Below, one piece after another: positions 36,641 through 46,312 of a stretch of DNA of 64,000 nucleotides; positions within the stretch are counted from its first letter, which is position 1; the number at the start of each line of letters is the position of its first letter. The notes beneath the pieces were generated by a model that worked only from the letters and a program-made list of their open reading frames with translations, was not told where the DNA came from and did no database searches. The translations under genes and the position numbers were made by a program. This stretch comes from Burkholderiales bacterium (lineage in GTDB: Bacteria > Pseudomonadota > Gammaproteobacteria > Burkholderiales > SHXO01): contig DAIQQA010000003.1 in the NCBI GenBank assembly GCA_036787045.1, forward strand, positions 13,797 through 77,796. Reading direction: 5' to 3'.

Positions 36641-37522
36641 GTGGCTAAGGAGATCTTTTGCGCGTTCGGCGTGGATGTGGACGCAGTCGCTGGCTGGATC
36701 GGCTCTTACGGCGGCGAAGACTCGCCGGACGACATCTCGCGCGGCATGTTCGCGGGCGAGGTCGGGATGCCGCGGCTGGTGAACCTGTTCAAGCGGCTGG
36801 ACATCAAGACCACCTGGTTCATTCCCGGCCACTCGATCGAGACCTTCCCGGAGCAGACCGCGATGGTGGTCGATGCCGGTCACGAGATCGGCATCCACGG
36901 CTACACCCATGAGAACCCGATCGCAATGACGCCCGAGCAGGAAGAAGCCGTGCTCGACAAGTGTATCGAGCTGGTCACCAAGGTGTCGGGCCGCCGGCCG
37001 ACCGGCTACGTGGCGCCGTGGTGGGAGTTCAGCCCGGTCACCAACGAGATGCTGCTCAAGAAAGGCATCAAGTACGACCACAGCCTGATGCACAACGACT
37101 ACACACCCTATTACGTGCGCGTCGGCGACAAGTGGACCAACATCGACTACTCCAAGCATCCCCAGGAGTGGATGGTGCCGCTCACCCGCGGCAAGGAAAC
37201 CGATCTGATCGAGATCCCCGGCAGCTGGTATCTGGACGACCTGCCGCCGATGATGTTCATCAAGAAGGCGCCCAACTCGCACGGCTTCGTCAATCCGCGC
37301 CACTTGGAGGAGATGTGGCGCGACCAGTTCGACTGGGTCTATCGCGAGATGGACTACGCGGTGTTCACCTTCACCATCCATCCGGACGTATCGGGCCGGC
37401 CGCAGGTGCTGCTGATGCTCGAGCGTTTGTTCAACCACGTCATCCGGCACCCGGGAGTGAAGTTCACCACCTTCGACGACATCGCCAACGATTTCGCCCG
37501 CCGCTCCCCGCGCAAGAAGTAG
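36641..37522 (+). CDS. Polysaccharide deacetylase family protein (CE4; HP0310/PuuE-like)
   Basis: [48 protein letters not shown]; GTG 36641 after GGAGGAG. Confidence 0.88.
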   Translation: MAKEIFCAFGVDVDAVAGWIGSYGGEDSPDDISRGMFAGEVGMPRLVNLFKRLDIKTTWFIPGHSIETFPEQTAMVVDAGHEIGIHGYTHENPIAMTPEQEEAVLDKCIELVTKVSGRRPTGYVAPWWEFSPVTNEMLLKKGIKYDHSLMHNDYTPYYVRVGDKWTNIDYSKHPQEWMVPLTRGKETDLIEIPGSWYLDDLPPMMFIKKAPNSHGFVNPRHLEEMWRDQFDWVYREMDYAVFTFTIHPDVSGRPQVLLMLERLFNHVIRHPGVKFTTFDDIANDFARRSPRKK

Positions 37523-37529
37523 CGGCTGC

Positions 37530-37730
37530 GCAGCTGTCGCGACGGAGGGTCACTGCGCGGAGATCGGCGAGGTGATCATAGGCAAGAAGAAAGGGCGCAC
37601 GTCCGATGCGGAGGTCACGCTGTTCGACTCCACCGGCATCGCCCTGCAGGATTCCGCCAGCATCCCGCTCGAGCATGAGTGCGCGCTGGCGGCCGGAGTA
37701 GGCATCGAGAAGAAGATGATTTCGACTTGA
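37530..37730 (+). pseudogene. C-terminal remnant of an ornithine cyclodeaminase/mu-crystallin family gene
   Basis: Start-less frame AEIGEVIIGKKKGRTSDAEVTLFDSTGIALQDSAS..ALAAGVG ending TGA 37728-37730; not in the ORF track. Confidence 0.75.
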
Positions 37731-37762
37731 GTTGGAGTTGGTTCCCTACAGAGGAGACGACC

Positions 37763-39091
37763 ATGGTGAAGAAAGTAGAAGACAACAACCCCGCCAGCAG
37801 CGAGACGGCCGCGCCGGTCTCGGGCGGACGGCGCAAGTTCCTCAAGACCGCTGCAGTCACGGCGGGGGCGGCGGCCAGCACCGGCCTGATCGACGGCTTC
37901 CCGCTGGTCTGGTCGCAGACCACGAAAGACATCAAGCTGGTGCAGGTGGGCGGCTCGTACTCGGCGATCAAGGACATCGCCGACCAGGCCACCAAGGACC
38001 TCGGCTTCACCGTCGAAATGCAGACCGCGCCGCACGATGCCTTGCTCAACCGCTTGGTGACGCAGCCGCAGTCGATCGACATCGCAGACATCGAGTACTT
38101 CTTCCAGCTCTACATGCTGCCGCGCGGGACGCTGCACCCGATCGACCTGAAGAAGATCAAGCTGTGGGACAAGGTCGTGCCGATCTTCACCAGGGGCGAG
38201 TACCCGGACGGGCGCAAGGTTTCCAACCAGGGCGTGCTGCCGTTCGAGGTCCAGTACATCGAGAAGCCCGGCGACAAGAAGTTCGCCACCAAGCCGACCG
38301 GCTACGCCACCGGCATCCCCACCGTCTACAACGCCGACACCCTGGGTATGCGTCCCGATCTGGTCAAGCGCAAGATCGAGAGCTGGGCCGAGCTGCTCAA
38401 TCCCGAGTGGAAAGGCAAGACCTCGATCGTGTCGGTGCCCGGCATCGGCATCATGGATGCGGCGATGGCCATCGAGGCGCGTGGCGACATCAAGTACAAA
38501 GACAAGGGCAACATGACCAAGCAGGAGATCGACAAGACCATCGAGATCCTGATCAAGGCGAAGAAGGCCGGCCAGTTCCGTGCCTTCTGGGCGACGTTCG
38601 ACGAGTCGGTGAACCTGATGGCCGCGGGCGAGACGGTGGTGCAGTCGATGTGGTCGCCGGCGGTGACGGCGGTGCGCTCGCGCGGCATCCCCTGCTACTA
38701 CGCGCCGCTGAAGGAAGGCTATCGCGCCTGGGCGAGCTGCATCGCCCCGATGGCGCACCTGACGGGCGCGAAACTGGACGCCGCCTACGAGTACCTGAAC
38801 TGGTACATGGCCGGCTGGCAGGGCGGGTTCATCGCCAAGCAGGGCTACTACAGCTCCATTCCCGAGACCGCGAAGAAGTTCATGAGCGCGGACGAGTACG
38901 GTTTCTGGTACGAGGGCAAGGCAGCCAAGGGCGAGATCAAGGATCCTTATGGCAACCTGATGGAGAAGCCGGGTGCGGTCCGCGACGGCGGCGCCTTCTG
39001 GGATCGCATGGGCCAGGTCGCCTGCTGGAACACGCTGATGGACGAGAACCGCTACATGGTCGCCAAGTGGAATGAGTTCCTCGCCTCATAA
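37763..39091 (+). CDS. PotD/PotF-like ABC substrate-binding protein with Tat signal
   Basis: GRRKFLKTA Tat motif; YNADTLG, SWAELL, VVQSMWSPAV, KEGYRAW. Confidence 0.88.
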   Translation: MVKKVEDNNPASSETAAPVSGGRRKFLKTAAVTAGAAASTGLIDGFPLVWSQTTKDIKLVQVGGSYSAIKDIADQATKDLGFTVEMQTAPHDALLNRLVTQPQSIDIADIEYFFQLYMLPRGTLHPIDLKKIKLWDKVVPIFTRGEYPDGRKVSNQGVLPFEVQYIEKPGDKKFATKPTGYATGIPTVYNADTLGMRPDLVKRKIESWAELLNPEWKGKTSIVSVPGIGIMDAAMAIEARGDIKYKDKGNMTKQEIDKTIEILIKAKKAGQFRAFWATFDESVNLMAAGETVVQSMWSPAVTAVRSRGIPCYYAPLKEGYRAWASCIAPMAHLTGAKLDAAYEYLNWYMAGWQGGFIAKQGYYSSIPETAKKFMSADEYGFWYEGKAAKGEIKDPYGNLMEKPGAVRDGGAFWDRMGQVACWNTLMDENRYMVAKWNEFLAS

Positions 39092-39199
39092 GGCAAGCGT
39101 CTCGCTCCCGTAGCGCGCTGCAAGGACGCGCGGCGCGGGCCCTGCGGGCTCGCGTCGCCGCGTACCGCATTCCCGACTACAAGAAGGGCATCCGCTCGA

Positions 39200-40060
39200 G
39201 TGAAGCTCTCACCCACGCTCAGCTCCTACCTGCAAGTGGCGCCGATGGCCCTGGTGCTGCTGCTGTTCTTCGGTATCCCGCTGCTGGTGGTGATCGCCTT
39301 CAGCTTCTTCGACTTCGACGGCATCAGCACTGTGCCGGCATTCGTGTGGGCCAACTACGCCGAGCTGTTCGCCTCCAGGGTTACGCTGTCGCTTTACTTC
39401 CAGACCATCTACTTCGCCGTGATCGTGTGGGCGATCACGCTGGCGATCGGCTTCACCGTCGCCTACTTCCTCGTGTTCCATGTGCGCAACATCATCTGGC
39501 AGATGGCTCTGTTCCTGCTGTGCACGGTGCCGTTCTGGACCTCGAACATCATCCGCATGATCTCGTGGATCCCGTTCCTCGGCCGCAACGGAATCTTCAA
39601 CGAGGCGCTGATGCAGGCCGGCCTCATCCAGGAGCCGCTAGAGTTCCTGCTGTTCTCGGACTTCGCCGTGATCGTGGCCTATGTCCATCTGTTCACGCTG
39701 TTCATGATCGTGCCGATCTTCAACTCGATGGCGCGCATCGACCGCTCCATTATCGAGGCCGCCGTCGACGCCGGCAGCAGCCGCCTGCGGATCATCTGGG
39801 ATATCGTGATCCCACTGTCGAAGACCGGCATTGCGCTCGGCTCGATCTTCGTCCTCACGCTGGTGATGGGCGACTTCTTCGTGGTGAAGGTGATGAGCGG
39901 CAGCCACACCGCCTCGGTCGCCTCCGCGATGATGAACCAGATCGCCATGGTGCAGTATCCGCCCGCGGCCGCGAGCGCGGTGATCCTGCTGATCATCGTC
40001 GGCCTGATGGTGGCCGCGATTCTGCGCATCGTCGACGTGCGCAGGGAACTGGTGAGGTAA
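39200..40060 (+). CDS. PotB-like ABC permease
   Basis: TM helices, PFWTSNIIRMISW, EAAVDAGS loop. Confidence 0.9.
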   Translation: MKLSPTLSSYLQVAPMALVLLLFFGIPLLVVIAFSFFDFDGISTVPAFVWANYAELFASRVTLSLYFQTIYFAVIVWAITLAIGFTVAYFLVFHVRNIIWQMALFLLCTVPFWTSNIIRMISWIPFLGRNGIFNEALMQAGLIQEPLEFLLFSDFAVIVAYVHLFTLFMIVPIFNSMARIDRSIIEAAVDAGSSRLRIIWDIVIPLSKTGIALGSIFVLTLVMGDFFVVKVMSGSHTASVASAMMNQIAMVQYPPAAASAVILLIIVGLMVAAILRIVDVRRELVR

Positions 40061-40064
40061 CCGC

Positions 40065-40940
40065 ATGGCTGGAGCGAGCCACAAGGACTACGGCAAGCGC
40101 CCCTGGACGTTCTACGCGCTGGCGGCGTTCTTCACGCTGTTCGTGCTGTTCCTGTACGGGCCGATGTCGGCGATCTATATTCTGTCTTTCCAGGGGCCGA
40201 CCGGAGGGCTCACCTTCCCGATGCAGGGGACTTCGCTGCACTGGTTCCATGCGCTGTTCGCGCAGGAGCGCACGGGGGATTTCGCCGGCGCGTTCGCCCG
40301 CTCGATCGTGCTCGCCCTGATCGTGCTGACGCTCACAGTGGCCTTCTCGGTGCTGGCGGGGCTCGCGTTCCGGCGGCGCTTTCCGGGGTCGAGCCTGGTG
40401 TTCTACCTGGCGGTCGCCAGCCTCATCATGCCCGGCATTCTGGTCGGACTGGGCGTGGGGCTTACCTTCCAGCTGTTCGAAGTCCAGACCCGCTGGTACC
40501 TCTCGGCGCTCGGCGCGCAGCTCACCTGGACGCTGCCGTTCGGCCTGCTGATCATGTTCGCGGTGCTGAGCCGCTTCAACCGCGCCTACGAGGAGGCCGG
40601 GCGCGACCTGGGGGCGAGCAACTGGCAGATCTTCTGGATGGTGGTGGTGCCGATCGTTCTGCCGGGCATCATCGGGGTGGCGCTGTTCGGTTTCACGCTG
40701 TCCTACGACGAGTTTCCGCGCTCGCTGTTGACCGCCGGGGCGCAGAATACCCTGCCGATGGAGATCTGGGGCATGACCACCAATGTGACGTCGCCGGCGC
40801 TCTACGCGCTTGGCACGGTCACCACCCTGGTGTCGTTCGCAGTGATTGCGTTGGCGCTCGGGTCCATCGCGCTGATCCAACGCCGGCGTGCGCAACGGGT
40901 CGTGCCTGCCGGGCAGGCTGCTGCGGGGCCGCAGGCGTGA
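40065..40940 (+). CDS. PotC-like ABC permease
   Basis: TM helices, EEAGRDLGAS, FTLSYDEF. Confidence 0.9.
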   Translation: MAGASHKDYGKRPWTFYALAAFFTLFVLFLYGPMSAIYILSFQGPTGGLTFPMQGTSLHWFHALFAQERTGDFAGAFARSIVLALIVLTLTVAFSVLAGLAFRRRFPGSSLVFYLAVASLIMPGILVGLGVGLTFQLFEVQTRWYLSALGAQLTWTLPFGLLIMFAVLSRFNRAYEEAGRDLGASNWQIFWMVVVPIVLPGIIGVALFGFTLSYDEFPRSLLTAGAQNTLPMEIWGMTTNVTSPALYALGTVTTLVSFAVIALALGSIALIQRRRAQRVVPAGQAAAGPQA

Positions 40941-40975
40941 CGGCCGCCGCGCCGTTGCACGCGCCTTGAACTGGA

Positions 40976-42136
40976 GTGACCATGGAACCAGGAAAGAAGA
41001 ACGCTAGCGCCCGCGGCGGGATCGAGCTAGTCGGTGTCACCAAGCGCTTCGGGGACACCGTGGCGGTGCGCAACATCGACCTGAAGATTCCGGCGGGCGC
41101 GTACTGTTGCCTGCTCGGTCCGTCGGGGTGCGGTAAGACCACCATCCTGCGCATGATCGCGGGTCACGAGCAGCCGACCGAAGGCGCGGTGCTGATCGAC
41201 GGGCAGAACGTGCTGGGCGCGCCGCCGGTGGCGCGCGGTACCGCGATGATGTTCCAGAGCTATGCCTTGTTTCCGCATCTGAGCTGCCTGGACAACGTTG
41301 CCTTCAATCTCAAGGTGCGTGGGGTCGGTAAGGCCGAACGGCACGTGCGGGCGGCCGAAATGCTCGCCCGGGTACACATGCGCGAGTTCGCAGAGCGCTT
41401 GCCGGCACAGCTCTCCGGCGGCCAGCAGCAGCGCATCGCCCTGGCGCGCGCGCTCATCACCAATCCGCGCGTCCTGCTGCTGGACGAGCCGTTGTCGGCG
41501 CTGGACGAGTTTCTGCGTCTGCAGATGCGCGGCGAGCTGCGGCGTATCCAGAACGAGTTCGGCATCAGTTTCATCCACGTCACGCACACGCAGATGGAGG
41601 CGATCGCGCTCGCCGATATGGTGGTAGTGATGGACCAGGGCCACATCGAGCAGGCCGCCTCGGCCCGCGACGTGTTCGACCGTCCGCGCACCCCGTACGT
41701 GGCGCGCTTTCTCGGCGGGCAGAACGTGCTCTCGGGCACGGTCACCGACACCGGTGCCGGTGTGGTCACCATCGACAGCGGCGGGCAACGCATTCGCATC
41801 AGTGCGCCCGACCCGGCACCCGCAGTGGGCGCCAGGTTCCAGGTCGCGGTACGCCGCGACCGCGTCCGGCTGCAACGGCCGCGCGGCGAACCGCTGGGTG
41901 TGAACATGGTGAGCGGGCGCGTCAGCGCGGTGGAGTACCAGGGCTTCTGGCTCAAGATCACGCTCGAGGAGGCGAGCGGCGAGGAGTTCGTGGTCAACCA
42001 GAGCGACAGCACCTTCTTCGCCGATCCGCTGGAGGTCGGCGACGAAGTCGTGGTGCAGTGGCAACCGGAGGAAGTGCACTACCTGACCGTTGGCGAGCAG
42101 ACCGGGGCCGCGCGGGTCGCCGTGGGAGCGCACTGA
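40976..42136 (+). CDS. PotA-like ABC ATP-binding protein with TOBE domain
   Basis: GPSGCGKTT, LSGGQQQR, LLLDEPLSALD. Confidence 0.92.
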   Translation: MTMEPGKKNASARGGIELVGVTKRFGDTVAVRNIDLKIPAGAYCCLLGPSGCGKTTILRMIAGHEQPTEGAVLIDGQNVLGAPPVARGTAMMFQSYALFPHLSCLDNVAFNLKVRGVGKAERHVRAAEMLARVHMREFAERLPAQLSGGQQQRIALARALITNPRVLLLDEPLSALDEFLRLQMRGELRRIQNEFGISFIHVTHTQMEAIALADMVVVMDQGHIEQAASARDVFDRPRTPYVARFLGGQNVLSGTVTDTGAGVVTIDSGGQRIRISAPDPAPAVGARFQVAVRRDRVRLQRPRGEPLGVNMVSGRVSAVEYQGFWLKITLEEASGEEFVVNQSDSTFFADPLEVGDEVVVQWQPEEVHYLTVGEQTGAARVAVGAH

Positions 42137-42447
42137 TGTGCGGCATGTGCGGCGTGTTCCTGGGCGAGTCGAACTGGAGCGACACGACTGTCACTTCGGT
42201 GACGGGCGGAGGCCGCACGCGCCGGCACGAGCGCCTGCATCGGGTGGCGCTCACCAATCGGATCCTCAAGCACTGCGCGCTCAAGGTGTCCGACTGGAAC
42301 GGCGTCTCCTACGTGCTGAGCAGCGCCACCGGCCAGACGGCGATCGTCGACAGCATCGCCGCAGTGTGGCCGGTTGCCGAGCAGCTGCGCAAGCGACCGA
42401 TCGATCCGCTCGACGAGCGGCTGATCGCCGCCCTCGAGCGCGGGTGA
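42136..42447 (+). CDS. Small hypothetical protein with N-terminal CxxC (MCGMCG)
   Basis: ATG overlaps the potA-like TGA; 103 aa; directly precedes the CobW GTPase. Confidence 0.7.
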   Translation: MCGMCGVFLGESNWSDTTVTSVTGGGRTRRHERLHRVALTNRILKHCALKVSDWNGVSYVLSSATGQTAIVDSIAAVWPVAEQLRKRPIDPLDERLIAALERG

Positions 42448-42463
42448 GGAGCGGGGCGCCGCC

Positions 42464-43516
42464 GTGACCTCGCAGGCCAGCGCACACACGCCGGTCAATC
42501 TGGTGACCGGCTTTCTCGGCAGCGGCAAGACCACGCTGCTGCAGCGTCTGCTGCGCTCGCCGCAGATGAGCCGCACCGCGGTGCTGATCAACGAGCTCGG
42601 CGAAGTCGGCCTCGACCACCTCCTGGTGCAGCAGGTGGACGAGCCGGTGGTGTTGCTGGAAAGCGGCTGCATCTGCTGCACGATCCGCAGCGATCTGAGT
42701 AGCGCCCTGCGGGATCTGCTCGGGCGGCGCGAGCGTGGCGAGATTCCCGCCTTCAACCGGGTGGTGATCGAGACCACCGGCCTGGCCGACCCGGGTCCGA
42801 TTCTCTACACGCTGCTGAGCGAGCGGGTGATCCAGCATCATTTCCGGCTCGGCAACGTCATCGCCACGGTGGACGCGGTGAACGCGGCGCTGCACCTGGC
42901 CGACAACCCGGAAGGGATCAAGCAGGTGGCGGCCGCCGACCGGTTGTTGATCACCAAGACCGATCTGGCCGAGCCGGCGCAGGTGGCGGCGGTGCGCCAG
43001 GTGCTGGCGCAGATCAATCCATCCGCGGAAGTGTGGGATGCCTTGCAGGATCCCTGGGACGCGGATGCGCTGCTCGAGGTGCGGCCCGCGGCCCGTTCGG
43101 TGATGCCCGAGCTGACGCGCTTCACCGCCGCGACGGAGGACGGAGCGAGCGCGGCTGCGCAGCCGTACGTAAAGGCGCTGCGGCGGCACAGCGAGCAGGT
43201 GGCAAGCTTCAGCCTGGTGCTCGAGCAGCCGCTCGACTGGACCGCCTTCGGCATCTGGCTCAGCATGCTCCTGAACCGCTACGGCAACGATGTGCTGCGG
43301 GTGAAAGGGATCCTGCAGGTGCAGGGCAGCGATGCACCGGTATTCATCAACGCCGTGCAGCACATCGTTCACCCGCCGCAGCACCTGGAGCGCTGGCCCA
43401 GCCAGGACCAGCGCTCGCGCATCGTTTTCATCACCCGCGGGATGGATCATGCGCGGCTGCGGCGCTCGCTGGAGGCGTTCTGCGGCGCGCGGGTGGCCGA
43501 GCTGTCGGTGGCCTGA
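42464..43516 (+). CDS. CobW/COG0523 family GTPase (metallochaperone)
   Basis: GFLGSGKTT, NELGEVGLD, GCICC, IETTGLADP, TKTD, LRVKG. Confidence 0.92.
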   Translation: MTSQASAHTPVNLVTGFLGSGKTTLLQRLLRSPQMSRTAVLINELGEVGLDHLLVQQVDEPVVLLESGCICCTIRSDLSSALRDLLGRRERGEIPAFNRVVIETTGLADPGPILYTLLSERVIQHHFRLGNVIATVDAVNAALHLADNPEGIKQVAAADRLLITKTDLAEPAQVAAVRQVLAQINPSAEVWDALQDPWDADALLEVRPAARSVMPELTRFTAATEDGASAAAQPYVKALRRHSEQVASFSLVLEQPLDWTAFGIWLSMLLNRYGNDVLRVKGILQVQGSDAPVFINAVQHIVHPPQHLERWPSQDQRSRIVFITRGMDHARLRRSLEAFCGARVAELSVA

Positions 43517-43559
43517 GCAAGACGCAACGTACAGCGCACAGCGAGAGGAGATTGGTGCA

Positions 43560-44945
43560 GTGGATGACGGCGAAGGCAAGGCAGCGGCCGGTGCGCCAGG
43601 CATCGCCACCGGGCGGCTGACGCCCGAGGCGTACGCGCGCAACTTCGGCGAAGCGCATCCGCCGCTCACGCATCAGCAGGCGCTGAACGAAAGCGATCGC
43701 TGCCTGTTCTGTTATGCCGCGCCGTGCGTGCAGGCCTGCCCGACTGCGATCGACATACCCAGCTTCATCCGCAAGATCGCCACCGGCAACGTGAAAGGTT
43801 CGGCGCACGACATCCTGCGCCAGAATCCGATGGGTGCGGTATGCGCCCGGGTGTGCCCGACGGAGGTCCTGTGCGAGGGGGCGTGCGTGCGCAATCACCA
43901 GGAGCATCGGCCGGTGGCGATCGGCGCCTTGCAGCGCTATGCCACCGACTGGGTGTTCGACCGCAACGTCCAGCTCTTCTCGCGCGGGCCGGCCAGCGGC
44001 AAGCGCATAGCCGTGGTCGGGGGCGGGCCGGCCGGGCTGTCGTGCGCGCATCGTCTGGCCACGCTCGGGCATGCCGTCACCGTGTTCGAAGCGCGCGACA
44101 AGCTGGGCGGACTGAACGAGTACGGCGTGGCGGCCTACAAGGTGGCCGGCGGCATCGCGCAGCGCGAAGTGGACTATCTGCTCGCGGTAGGCGGCATCGA
44201 GGTCGCCCTGGGAAAACGCCTGGGCCGCGATCTGACGTTGGCTGCGCTACGGCGCGACTTCGACGCGGTGTTCCTCGGCATCGGGCTGGGCGCGGTCAAC
44301 GACCTCGGCATCGACACGCCGGCGCTGAGCGGCGTGTACGACGCCATCGACTACATCGGCACGCTGCGCCAGACGCAGAATCTGAGCACGCTGCCGGTGG
44401 GCAGTCGTGTCGTGGTGATCGGCGGCGGCATGACCGCTATCGACATCGCCACGCAGAGCAAGCGCCTGGGCAGCGAGGACGTCACCATTGTCTATCGGCG
44501 CGGGGCCGAGCAGATGGGGGCGAGTCGCAAGGAGCAGGACTGGGCGCAGACCAACGGGGTGCGCATCAAGCACTGGGCACGCCCGGTGCGCCTGCTCGGC
44601 CGCGATGGCGCGCTCGCGGCAGTCGAGTTCGAGACCACGTGCATCGACGCGCAAGGCGCGCTCGCCGGCACCGGCGAGCGGTTCTCGGTGGAAGCGGACA
44701 TGCTATTCAAGGCGATCGGCCAGGTGCTGGTCCAGGATGCGGTGGCGGGCGCCGTTTCCCTGCTCGACACGCGTGCCGGACGCATCGCGGTGAATGCTCA
44801 GCGCCGCACCTCGCTGCCGGATGTGTGGGCGGGTGGGGACTGCGTGGCGGGCGGGGAGGATTTGACGGTCGTGGCGGTGGAGGACGGCAAGCGTGCCGCG
44901 CTGTCGATAAATCAGCACCTGCGCGCGGCGCCGGCAACGGGGTGA
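43560..44945 (+). CDS. preT: Dihydropyrimidine dehydrogenase subunit A (PreT-like)
   Basis: RCLFCYAAPCVQACP, CARVCP..CEGAC, GGGPAGL, GGGMTAID; GTG 43560 after GAGGAG; adjacent to preA. Confidence 0.9.
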   Translation: MDDGEGKAAAGAPGIATGRLTPEAYARNFGEAHPPLTHQQALNESDRCLFCYAAPCVQACPTAIDIPSFIRKIATGNVKGSAHDILRQNPMGAVCARVCPTEVLCEGACVRNHQEHRPVAIGALQRYATDWVFDRNVQLFSRGPASGKRIAVVGGGPAGLSCAHRLATLGHAVTVFEARDKLGGLNEYGVAAYKVAGGIAQREVDYLLAVGGIEVALGKRLGRDLTLAALRRDFDAVFLGIGLGAVNDLGIDTPALSGVYDAIDYIGTLRQTQNLSTLPVGSRVVVIGGGMTAIDIATQSKRLGSEDVTIVYRRGAEQMGASRKEQDWAQTNGVRIKHWARPVRLLGRDGALAAVEFETTCIDAQGALAGTGERFSVEADMLFKAIGQVLVQDAVAGAVSLLDTRAGRIAVNAQRRTSLPDVWAGGDCVAGGEDLTVVAVEDGKRAALSINQHLRAAPATG

Positions 44946-44948
44946 ACC

Positions 44949-46262
44949 ATGGCTGACCTCACCAGCAGCTTCCTCGGCATTCGTTCGCCGAATCCATTCT
45001 GGCTCGCCTCGGCGCCGCCCACCGACAAGGCCAACAACGTCAACCGCGCATTCGAAGCGGGGTGGGGCGGCGTGGTGTGGAAGACGCTGGGGGAAGATCC
45101 GCCGATCGTCAATGTGAACGGCCCGCGCTATGGCGCACTGCTGGGGACGGCGCGCAACCTGATCGGCTTCAACAACATCGAACTGATCACCGACCGTCTG
45201 CTCGACGTGAACTTGCGTGAGATCCGGCAGGTGAAGCGCGACTGGCCGGATCGGGCCCTGGTGGTGTCGCTGATGGTGCCGTGCGAGGAGCGTGCCTGGA
45301 AAGCGATCCTGCCGATGGTGGAGGACACCGGGGCCGATGGCATCGAGTTGAACTTCGGCTGTCCGCACGGCATGTCGGAGCGGGGCATGGGCTCGGCCGT
45401 CGGCCAGGTTCCAGAGTACGTCGAGATGGTGGCGCGCTGGTGCAAGGAGAACACGCGGCTGCCGGTGATCGTGAAGCTCACGCCGAACGTCACCAATATT
45501 CTCGCGCCGGCGCGGGCGGCGCGGCGCGGGGGCGCGGATGCCGTCTCGCTGATCAACACCGTCAGTTCGATCATGAGCGTGGACCTCGAGGCGATGGCGC
45601 CCAGCCCCAGCATCGATGGGCGCGGAGCGCACGGCGGCTACTGCGGGCCGGCGGTCAAGCCGATCGCGTTGCGCATGGTGGGCGAGATTGCCCGCGACCG
45701 CGAATGCGCCGGCATGCCGATCTCCGGGATCGGCGGCATCGCGACCTGGCGCGACGCGGCCGAGTTCATGGCGCTGGGGGCGAGCAACGTCCAGGTGTGC
45801 ACGGCCGCCATGGTGTACGGCTTCAAAGTGGTGGAAGACATGATCGACGGGCTGGCCAACTGGATGGACAGCAAGGGCTACCGGAGCGTGGCCGACTTCG
45901 TCGGCAAGGCGGTGTCCAACTTCGTCGACTGGGAGCACCTCAACCTCAACTATACGGTGAAGGCGCGCATCGACCAGGCGCTGTGCATCCAGTGCGGACG
46001 CTGCTACATCGCCTGCGAGGACACCTCGCACCAGGCGATCACGCGCGAGCAGGACGGTCGGCGCCACTTCGAAGTCATCGACGCCGAGTGCGTCGGCTGC
46101 AATCTGTGCGTGAATGTGTGTCCGGTGGACAACTGCATCACGCTGGTGCCGCTCCCGGTGGGCAGCCGCGATCCCCGCACCGGGCAGCCGGTCGGGAGCT
46201 ATGCCGACTGGACCACGCATCCGAACAATCCCGCAGCCACGGTGCCCGCCGCGACGAAATGA
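44949..46262 (+). CDS. preA: Dihydropyrimidine dehydrogenase subunit B
   Basis: NPFWLASAPP, NNIELI, LNFGCPHG, KLTPN, GGYCGPAVKP, C-terminal 2x[4Fe-4S] (CIQCGRC, CVGCNLC). Confidence 0.95.
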   Translation: MADLTSSFLGIRSPNPFWLASAPPTDKANNVNRAFEAGWGGVVWKTLGEDPPIVNVNGPRYGALLGTARNLIGFNNIELITDRLLDVNLREIRQVKRDWPDRALVVSLMVPCEERAWKAILPMVEDTGADGIELNFGCPHGMSERGMGSAVGQVPEYVEMVARWCKENTRLPVIVKLTPNVTNILAPARAARRGGADAVSLINTVSSIMSVDLEAMAPSPSIDGRGAHGGYCGPAVKPIALRMVGEIARDRECAGMPISGIGGIATWRDAAEFMALGASNVQVCTAAMVYGFKVVEDMIDGLANWMDSKGYRSVADFVGKAVSNFVDWEHLNLNYTVKARIDQALCIQCGRCYIACEDTSHQAITREQDGRRHFEVIDAECVGCNLCVNVCPVDNCITLVPLPVGSRDPRTGQPVGSYADWTTHPNNPAATVPAATK

Positions 46263-46312
46263 CGATCGCGCACGAACCGGGCTCGACTGCATCGCGAAGG
46301 AGGTAACGAGCT

